Of a stretch of DNA of 64,000 nucleotides, positions 57,320 to 64,000 are shown piece after piece. The position numbers and the translations under genes were made by a program. Source of the DNA: an uncultured Acidobacteriota bacterium (GTDB lineage: Bacteria > Actinomycetota > Acidimicrobiia > Spongiisociales > ZC4RG35); NCBI GenBank assembly GCA_963828465.1, contig CAWHEU010000024.1, positions 85,569-149,568 on the forward strand, given 5' to 3'. Under the pieces are notes generated by a model, which worked only from the letters and a program-made list of their open reading frames with translations, was not told the origin of the DNA and made no database searches. Every line of letters begins with the position of its first letter. The first letter of the stretch is position 1.

Positions 57320-58936
57320 ATGACGGACAGGACCAAGAGCGCGGCCGGGATCGTCCTCCTGACGCTGGCGTCGGGTCAGTTCCTCATGACCCTCGACAGC
57401 TCGGTGATGAACGTTTCCATTGCCCAGGTGGCCGAGGATTTGGGCACGACGGTTACCGGGATCCAGACCGCGATAACTCTCTACACCTTGGTCATGGCGA
57501 CCCTCATGATCACGGGCGGGAAGATCGGCAGTCTCATCGGTCGAAAGCGAGCCTTCATGATCGGCTGTGTCATCTACGGCGCGGGCTCACTGACGACTTC
57601 GCTGGCTCCCACCCTCACCGTCCTCATCATTGGCTGGTCGTTCCTGGAGGGCATCGGTGCGGCGCTGATCATGCCGGCGATCGTCGCGCTGGTCGCATCG
57701 AATTTCGCACCCGAAGGGAGGCCCCGTGCCTATGGCCTGGTCGCCTCGGCCGGCGCCATCGCGGTCGCCGCGGGACCCCTGATCGGGGGTTTCGTCACGA
57801 CAAACTGGACATGGAGATACGTGTTCGCAGGCGAGGTCGTGGTGGTGGCCGCGATCCTCATGCTCACGCGAAGGATCCAGGACGCGCCCGCTGAGGCCAA
57901 ACACCGGTTGGACCTGGTGGGTGCTGCCCTCACTGCGGCTGGGCTCGGTTTGGCTGTCTACGGCGTTCTTCGCTCTGGCGAGTGGGGCTGGATCCAGCCG
58001 AAGGCCGGCGGCCCGGAATGGCTCGGGATTTCGCCGACCGTGTGGCTGATCCTGGCCGGGGCTCTCATCATCAGGATCTTCTTTGCCTGGGAGGCGAGGG
58101 TGGTAGCCAGCGGGCGGGAACCTCTGGTGCGGATCGAGATGCTCCGAAACGCCCAGCTCAATGGGGGCCTGACGATGTTCTTCTTCCAGTTCATGATCCA
58201 GGCCGGCATATTCTTCACCGTCCCCCTCTTCCTCTCTGTAGCGCTCGGACTGACTGCCCTGGAGACGGGGGTGCGATTGCTGCCTCTCTCGGTGGCGCTC
58301 CTCCTCACTGCCGTCGCCATCCCCAAGTACCGGCCAAAGGCCGCGCCGCGCACAGTCGTGCGGTGGGGGCTGATCGCACTTCTCGCCGGGGTGATATCTC
58401 TCGTCGCCGCCCTCGAGGTGGGCGTCGGCCCGGAGATCGTCGCGGTGCCAATGCTCCTCACCGGGCTGGGTGTCGGCGCGTTGGCCTCACAGCTGGGAGC
58501 GGTAACGGTCTCGGCCGTTCCCGACAAGGAGACGGGCGAAGTCGGCGGTCTTCAGAACACGATGACCAATCTGGGCGCTTCCCTCGGCACCGCCCTCGCC
58601 GGCTCGATCCTGATCGCGGCCCTGACCACCTCCTTCGTTCAGGGAATCCAGGCGAATCCCGACGTCCCTCCCGAGGTGTCGTCTGCAGCCGAGGTCGAGC
58701 TAGCCGGGGGAATCCCGTTTGTCTCCAATGCCCAACTCGAGTCGGCGCTCGAGGACGCTGGTGTTTCTTCGAGCCAGGCCGAGGCAATCCTCGCCGAAAA
58801 CGAGCAGGCGCGGATCGACGGCCTGCGGGCGAGTCTGTCGATCCTGGCCGTGTTCGTCGTGGTGGCCCTGTACTTCACCCGCTTGATCCCGATGGAGCCT
58901 GTGGGCACGCCGTCGGGGATCCCCGCCGAGGTTTGA
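57320..58936 (+). CDS. MFS transporter (14-TM DHA2-like)
   Basis: LDSSVMNVSI, GKIGSLIGRKR, GPLIGG..WRYVF. Confidence 0.9.
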   Translation: MTDRTKSAAGIVLLTLASGQFLMTLDSSVMNVSIAQVAEDLGTTVTGIQTAITLYTLVMATLMITGGKIGSLIGRKRAFMIGCVIYGAGSLTTSLAPTLTVLIIGWSFLEGIGAALIMPAIVALVASNFAPEGRPRAYGLVASAGAIAVAAGPLIGGFVTTNWTWRYVFAGEVVVVAAILMLTRRIQDAPAEAKHRLDLVGAALTAAGLGLAVYGVLRSGEWGWIQPKAGGPEWLGISPTVWLILAGALIIRIFFAWEARVVASGREPLVRIEMLRNAQLNGGLTMFFFQFMIQAGIFFTVPLFLSVALGLTALETGVRLLPLSVALLLTAVAIPKYRPKAAPRTVVRWGLIALLAGVISLVAALEVGVGPEIVAVPMLLTGLGVGALASQLGAVTVSAVPDKETGEVGGLQNTMTNLGASLGTALAGSILIAALTTSFVQGIQANPDVPPEVSSAAEVELAGGIPFVSNAQLESALEDAGVSSSQAEAILAENEQARIDGLRASLSILAVFVVVALYFTRLIPMEPVGTPSGIPAEV

Positions 58937-58993
58937 TTGTTTTTCATCTCGCGCGGCTCTAGACCGGGCGATCACATCAGTGGTCGGAGACGC

Positions 58994-59011
58994 GTGAAGC
59001 GTTAACTTCAC
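58994..59011. promoter_or_regulatory. Palindrome upstream of the second MFS gene
   Basis: GTGAAG-cgttaa-CTTCAC. Confidence 0.35.
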
Positions 59012-59060
59012 CCTGTGGCCGGCCTCATACGTCGGCGGTATGCCGGCCTAGAGGAGCGAC

Positions 59061-60659
59061 TTGTCGGACGTAAACACGTCTTCCGCCAGCGACGAAGGCG
59101 AATGGAACCCGCGGCTGGCCATCCTTTTGGCGATGGCGATGTTCGTCCTCGTGGTCGACACCACGTTGATGAACGTCTCGATCTCGGAGGTAGTCGAGGA
59201 CCTGGGCACCACTGTGAGTGGCGTGCAGGCCGCTATCGCCTTGGAGGCCCTGGTGTCGGCCGCTTTCATCCTGATCAGCAGCAAGATCGGTGATCTGATC
59301 GGCCGCAAGAAGGCATACGTCCTAGGTCTCCTCGGCTACGCCATCGGGGCCCTCACCATGACGCTGACCAACAGCATCGGGCCCATGATCATCTTCTGGG
59401 CCATATTCGGGGGACTCGGTGCTTCGCTTCTGCTCCCGGCGATGCAGTCGCTGATCCATGGGAACTTTTCGGGCAGTGCCCAGAGGCGGGTCTATGCGCT
59501 GGTCGGAGCATCAGCTGCAATCGCTGCTGCGATCGGGCCCCTCCTGGGGGGCTTCGTCACCACCTATCTCTCCTGGCGGGTCGGGTTCATGCTCGAAGTC
59601 GTTGTCATCGTTGTCGTGCTGCTCGGAATGGGGATGGTGCGCGATGTGCCGTACACCGGTGATCGGAGGCTCGACCTGGGAGGTGCGGCCTTCTCGGTCC
59701 TGGGCATGGGGGGGTTGGTCCTGGGGATCCTGGCCTGGCAAGAGGGCGGCGAGTCCGTTGCCCTTCTCGTCGGGGTCGGCGTGGCCGGTCTGGTGCTTCT
59801 GGCCCGCTGGCTGGTGCGACGCCACAGGGAAGGCAAGGTGACCCTGCTCGACCCCGACCTCCTCAAGTCGAAGATGTTCCGTCTCGGCATCAGCGGGCAG
59901 ATGTTGCAGCAGATCGCCCTCGGAGGCTCGATGATCGTGGTCCCGATCTTCCTCCAGATGGTGCTGGGATACAACGCAATGCAGACCGGTCTCACCATCG
60001 CCCCGATGTCGTTGACGATGTTCTTCGTGGCAATGCTCGCCGGGAAGCGCGCTGGAAAGCGACGTCCGGCCGCAGTCATCCGCACCGGTTTCGGGGTGCT
60101 GACGCTGGGAGTTGCGGTCATGATCCCGATCGTGCCCCGGACCGATACCGGGTGGTGGTTAGCCGTCCCGCTGTTCATCATGGGCATCGGGCTCGGTCTG
60201 CTGGTCTCTCAGCTCAACAACTACGCCCTGGCGCCGATCTCGGATGAGCGGATCAGTGAGGCCGCGGGCGTCAACTCCGCTGCGGGATCATTCGGACTCT
60301 CTTTTGGCCTTGCCTTCGCTGGAGGCGTGATGCTCGCAGTTCTCTCGTTCACCTTCGTGAACATGGCCGATGCGAGCAGTGTTCTTCTTCCGGACGAGCA
60401 GCAACGCGTTGCGACGGCACTGGAGGAAGACGCCCAGCTGATGAGCACCGCCCAACTCGAGGAATTGGTCGACGGGCAGCCCGAGACGATCCAGGACGAG
60501 ATCATCCGTATCAACACCGAGGCGAGGCCGATCGCGCTCCAGGTCGCCCTGCTCGTTCCCTTGCTCGCCAGCTTGGTCGGTTTCTTCAACGGGTTCCGCA
60601 TGATGCGCCTCCCGGATGTGACACCGTCCGCCGATATCGAAGGTCTCCTCGGCGGCTAA
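59061..60659 (+). CDS. MFS transporter (14-TM DHA2-like), paralog of the upstream gene
   Basis: VDTTLMNVSI, KIGDLIGRKK, GPLLGG..SWR; GAGGAG RBS. Confidence 0.9.
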   Translation: MSDVNTSSASDEGEWNPRLAILLAMAMFVLVVDTTLMNVSISEVVEDLGTTVSGVQAAIALEALVSAAFILISSKIGDLIGRKKAYVLGLLGYAIGALTMTLTNSIGPMIIFWAIFGGLGASLLLPAMQSLIHGNFSGSAQRRVYALVGASAAIAAAIGPLLGGFVTTYLSWRVGFMLEVVVIVVVLLGMGMVRDVPYTGDRRLDLGGAAFSVLGMGGLVLGILAWQEGGESVALLVGVGVAGLVLLARWLVRRHREGKVTLLDPDLLKSKMFRLGISGQMLQQIALGGSMIVVPIFLQMVLGYNAMQTGLTIAPMSLTMFFVAMLAGKRAGKRRPAAVIRTGFGVLTLGVAVMIPIVPRTDTGWWLAVPLFIMGIGLGLLVSQLNNYALAPISDERISEAAGVNSAAGSFGLSFGLAFAGGVMLAVLSFTFVNMADASSVLLPDEQQRVATALEEDAQLMSTAQLEELVDGQPETIQDEIIRINTEARPIALQVALLVPLLASLVGFFNGFRMMRLPDVTPSADIEGLLGG

Positions 60660-60711
60660 TCGCCAGAGACCGCAAAGCGAAATTCCGAGCCTGCAGCGCC
60701 CATCGGTGCCG

Positions 60712-61155
60712 TCAGTTCAGACCCGGGTGTCTGTTCCCGGTGGGCTCCCAGGCAGGTGCAGCGACCTCGGTGATGTGGGGGCGGTCGGCGGCAGTAACCC
60801 AGAACCCGATCAGCGCGGCCGCGATCTCAGGATGGGGATTGAGGGCACGATGCACCACTTCGATCGGCTCGGTGTAGACGTCACCAGCCGAATAGTGCTC
60901 GGTTCGTCCCTCGTATTGCAGGGACACGATTCCCCGGAGCAACACGAAGTAGACGATCCCGTTGTGGACATGCCACGAGGCGGTGCGGCCGGGGTTCAGC
61001 TCTGAGAGTTGGATGTTGATCCGTGCCTCGGGATCGCGTGGCAATCGGGTCTCGATGTCGTCGAACAGGACTTGGCGGATATGTGAGCCGTCTTCAGGCA
61101 ACAGACCGGATATGCGGAGGGCGAGGGTCGCGGGGTCGACCTGATATTCCTTCAT
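60712..61155 (-). CDS. Cupin domain protein
   Basis: PGRTASWHVH..AGDVYTEP..VH. Confidence 0.8.
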   Translation of the reverse strand: MKEYQVDPATLALRISGLLPEDGSHIRQVLFDDIETRLPRDPEARINIQLSELNPGRTASWHVHNGIVYFVLLRGIVSLQYEGRTEHYSAGDVYTEPIEVVHRALNPHPEIAAALIGFWVTAADRPHITEVAAPAWEPTGNRHPGLN

Positions 61156-62285
61156 AGCCCGTGCATTGTGTCGTGGATCAGATGGTCGACCACCGCCTCG
61201 AGGGCTTCCCGCTCACCCGCTCCGGAATCCACCGCAGCGCGATGGACAGCGAGCTGACGGTGGGCGCTGGTCCCGTCGCTGACGATCGTTCGCATGTGTC
61301 GCAATTCCTCGATGACGTCGAATTCGAGGGCGTCCTGGGCCAGCATCTCGATGATCTCCTCCATCAGGTCCGAGAACTGGACCAGTTCTCCCCGGCCGAA
61401 GTCGATGAGCGAACCGTCCGTCCCGTAGCGCTGCGCCCGCCACATGTTCTCCGAGATCAAGAAAGGCGAGTAGACCCGCCATCTCTGATTGCGCCGGCGA
61501 AGCCGGAACAGAAACCCGAGCAGGCACAGGTAAAAGGCGGCCACGGTCATGGCGTCGTCGAGCCGGGTGCACACGTCGCTGACCCTCATCTCCAGAGTCG
61601 GGTAGCGGGCGGAGGGCCGGATGTCCCACCACAGCTTGGTGGCGTCCTCGATGATCCCGGCTTCCACCAGGATGTTCACGGTTCGCTCGTATTCGCCCCA
61701 GGACTCGAACTCCTCGGGCACCCCGGTCCGGGGCATGTTCTTGAAGATGATGGGGCGGTAGGCGAGAAGCCCGGTGTCGGTGCCGGCCCAGAATGGAGAA
61801 GAGGTGCTGAGGGCGAAGATGTGGGGGAGCATGTAGCGGATCTGGTTCATGAGGTCGATACGGAGGTGCTCGTCCTCGATCCCAACGTGCACGTGCATCC
61901 CGCAGATGACCATCTGGCGAGCGACGACCTGGTAGTCGGCGGCGATGCGCTGATATCTGGGCTGCTCGGTCGGTTCCTGCTCCATCCAGTTGGCGAAGGG
62001 GTGGGTCGAGGCGGCGATGATCGCAGCCCCGTATTCCTCGACCACGCCGGAGAGGTCACGGCGAAGGCCGGAGAGGTCGTCTCGGGCCTCGGACAGCTTG
62101 GCGCAGACCTTGGTGCCCACCTCGATCTGAGCCTTTAGGAACTCGGGAGCCACCTGTGGCCCGAGCACCTCCCGAAGTGAATCCCACAAGTCAGGAGGCG
62201 GGTCTTTGACCAGATCCCGCGTCTCCCGATCGACGACCAGGTACTCCTCCTCGATACCGATGGTGAAGGCGGGACGGTCGACCAC
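61152..62285 (-). CDS. ybdK: Carboxylate-amine ligase (YbdK/GCS2 family)
   Basis: TIGIEEEY, CGMHVHVG, SSPFW, WWDIRP, TLEMR, WRAQRYG. Confidence 0.9.
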   Translation of the reverse strand: MVDRPAFTIGIEEEYLVVDRETRDLVKDPPPDLWDSLREVLGPQVAPEFLKAQIEVGTKVCAKLSEARDDLSGLRRDLSGVVEEYGAAIIAASTHPFANWMEQEPTEQPRYQRIAADYQVVARQMVICGMHVHVGIEDEHLRIDLMNQIRYMLPHIFALSTSSPFWAGTDTGLLAYRPIIFKNMPRTGVPEEFESWGEYERTVNILVEAGIIEDATKLWWDIRPSARYPTLEMRVSDVCTRLDDAMTVAAFYLCLLGFLFRLRRRNQRWRVYSPFLISENMWRAQRYGTDGSLIDFGRGELVQFSDLMEEIIEMLAQDALEFDVIEELRHMRTIVSDGTSAHRQLAVHRAAVDSGAGEREALEAVVDHLIHDTMHGL

Positions 62286-62294
62286 CGGCGAAAC

Positions 62295-62901
62295 CTAGAT
62301 GCCGCTGCCCAGGGCGTGACGTCTCGTGAGAGTGCATTCCTCGCGGACGTGACAACCTTCGAGATGATCGTTGACCAGACCCATCGCCTGCATGAACGCA
62401 TATACCGTGGTCGGGCCGACGAAGGACCACCCGCGTCTCTTCAGGTCCTTGGACAATGCCGTCGAGACATCGGTCGTCGACAGGATCTCAACCGGGGGAG
62501 GGCGTTCGGGCTCGGCCCAGGACCAGAAGTAGGTAGCCAGAGAGCCGCGCTCCTCGATCAGTTCGAGGGCGCGGCCCGCATTGTTGATCGTCGAGCGGAT
62601 CTTCCCCTGATGGCGAACGATCCCGGCATCGGCCAGCAGTCGTGCCACGTCTTCCTCGCCAAACCCGGCGACCATGGCAGGGTCGAACCCGGCGAACCCT
62701 GCCCTGAAGCTCTCCCGCTTGCGCAGGATCGTGAGCCAGGAGAGACCTGCCTGGAATCCCTCGAGACAGATTTTCTCGAAGAGCCGGTTGTCGTCCGTGA
62801 CCGCCCGGCCCCACTCGTGGTCGTGGTAATCCCGATAGATCTCGGGCTCGGCTCCCCACCAGCAGACGCGGCACTCCGTCGTCGCCAATGACCAGGTCCA
62901 T
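62295..62901 (-). CDS. tag: DNA-3-methyladenine glycosylase I, with a 1-nt frameshift near 62865
   Basis: YHDHEWG, LEGFQAGLSW, FVGPTT, NDH. The natural N-terminus MDLVIGDDGVPR-CWW (ATG 62901, 6 nt after TAGTGT) is one base out of frame. Confidence 0.9.
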
Positions 62902-62975
62902 GGGCAGACACTATTTGATGGTTTGTTTCTCGCTGCTTTAGCTTGCTTTGTCCGGGCCGGGCTTAAGTTGTCTCC

Positions 62976-64000
62976 ATGAGATCGAAGACGGTCCGCGATG
63001 CGTTGTCGGGCGCTGTGGCCGCAGCCGTCGCTCTCGGGGTCTCCGAGTTGGCCGCCGGATTGCTGGGTCTGCCCTCACTGATCGAGGGCATGGGCAACTG
63101 GGTGATCGACATGGTTCCGACTCCGCTCAAGGAATGGGCCATCGCCACATTTGGCACCAATGACAAGCTGGTCCTCCTCATTGGGATCGTCGTAGTGACG
63201 CTTCTCCTCGGGGCGTTGGTGGGTGTCCTCGCCCGTGATCGCTTCGGGATCGCGACCGCGGTGTTCATCGGGTTCGCCGCCGTGGCTTCCCTCGCTGCGC
63301 TCAATGACCCAAGCGTGTCCCTGGGCGTCGCGGTGATCCCGGCCGGATTGGCGGCCATCACCGGTCTGGTGACGCTCCAGTGGTTGTACAGGCAGGGTGC
63401 CGATCCCGCCGTGCCGCCGGCTGAAAGCGATGACCCGCGGGACGTCTCACGACACGGCTTCGTCATTGGCTTGGTTTCTCTGTTCGGAGTAGCGGTGCTC
63501 TCCGCCGGCATCGGGCGGGCACTGGTGAATCGCGCGACGCGTTCGGCGGCGGGGCGAGGCGATGTCGCCCTTCCCGCAGCCGCCGAGGCGCTGCCCGCGT
63601 CCCCGAAGCATCCGAGCTTGGGGTCGAGGGGCTGAGCTCTGTGATCACGCCCAATGAGACCTTCTATCGGATCGATACCGCATTCCTCGGGGTGCCCCAC
63701 GTCGACACCCAGGAGTGGGCCCTCTCCATCGAGGGGAGGGTCGACCGCCCCTATTCGATCTCATACTTCGATCTTCTCGACATGCCAATGGTGGGAGAGA
63801 CGTGACCCTGTCCTGGGTCTCCAACGAGGTCGGTGGTGACCTGGTCGGGAACGCTCGTTGGCTCGGTGTGCCCCTGGCCGAGGTCCTCGATCGGGCGGGA
63901 GTACATGATGACGCAGAGCAGTTGGTCGGCCGGTCGGTGGACGATTTCACGGTCGGCTTCCCGGTTGAAGCCGTCTACGACGGCCGGGACGCCCTGCTCG
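62976..64000 (+). CDS. Membrane-anchored sulfite-oxidase-family molybdopterin oxidoreductase; frameshifted, 3' partial
   Basis: N-terminal TM region (FGTNDK); after indels near 63600 and 63795 it reads ITPNETFYRIDT..VSNEVGGDLVGNARWLGVPL. Confidence 0.82.

Overview
High-GC chromosomal window from an actinobacterium, probably Acidimicrobiia-like. This is inferred from the ClpS-DUF2017 pair, an F420-type LLM oxidoreductase, an HTH plus HBHA-like pair, glnE next to nadE, Thr-rich lipoproteins and many apparently leaderless starts. About 65 mostly housekeeping or metabolic CDS: acyl-CoA catabolism, udk/proC, a FadF-like Fe-S protein, an eRF1-like protein, XdhC/MocA, mgtE, greA, a selD-ferredoxin-hydrolase-aceK operon, a caa3 cytochrome c oxidase locus with accessory genes, serine synthesis, galK, lgt, FGE, an M20 peptidase/APC/Dcu cluster, two MFS transporters, ybdK, tag and a sulfite-oxidase-like gene. 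I saw no rRNA, tRNA, CRISPR array, prophage or transposase. Single-base frameshifts occur only in the first 2.5 kb and last 1.2 kb and are most likely assembly errors. The best leads are: the coupled selD/aceK operon; a candidate copper-assembly module around the oxidase; structured palindromic elements on both sides of mgtE and inside ctaD; a sigma28-type promoter; a split FabG4-like pair; and a vestige of a deleted sulfatase. All family assignments come from motif recognition by eye, with no database searches.
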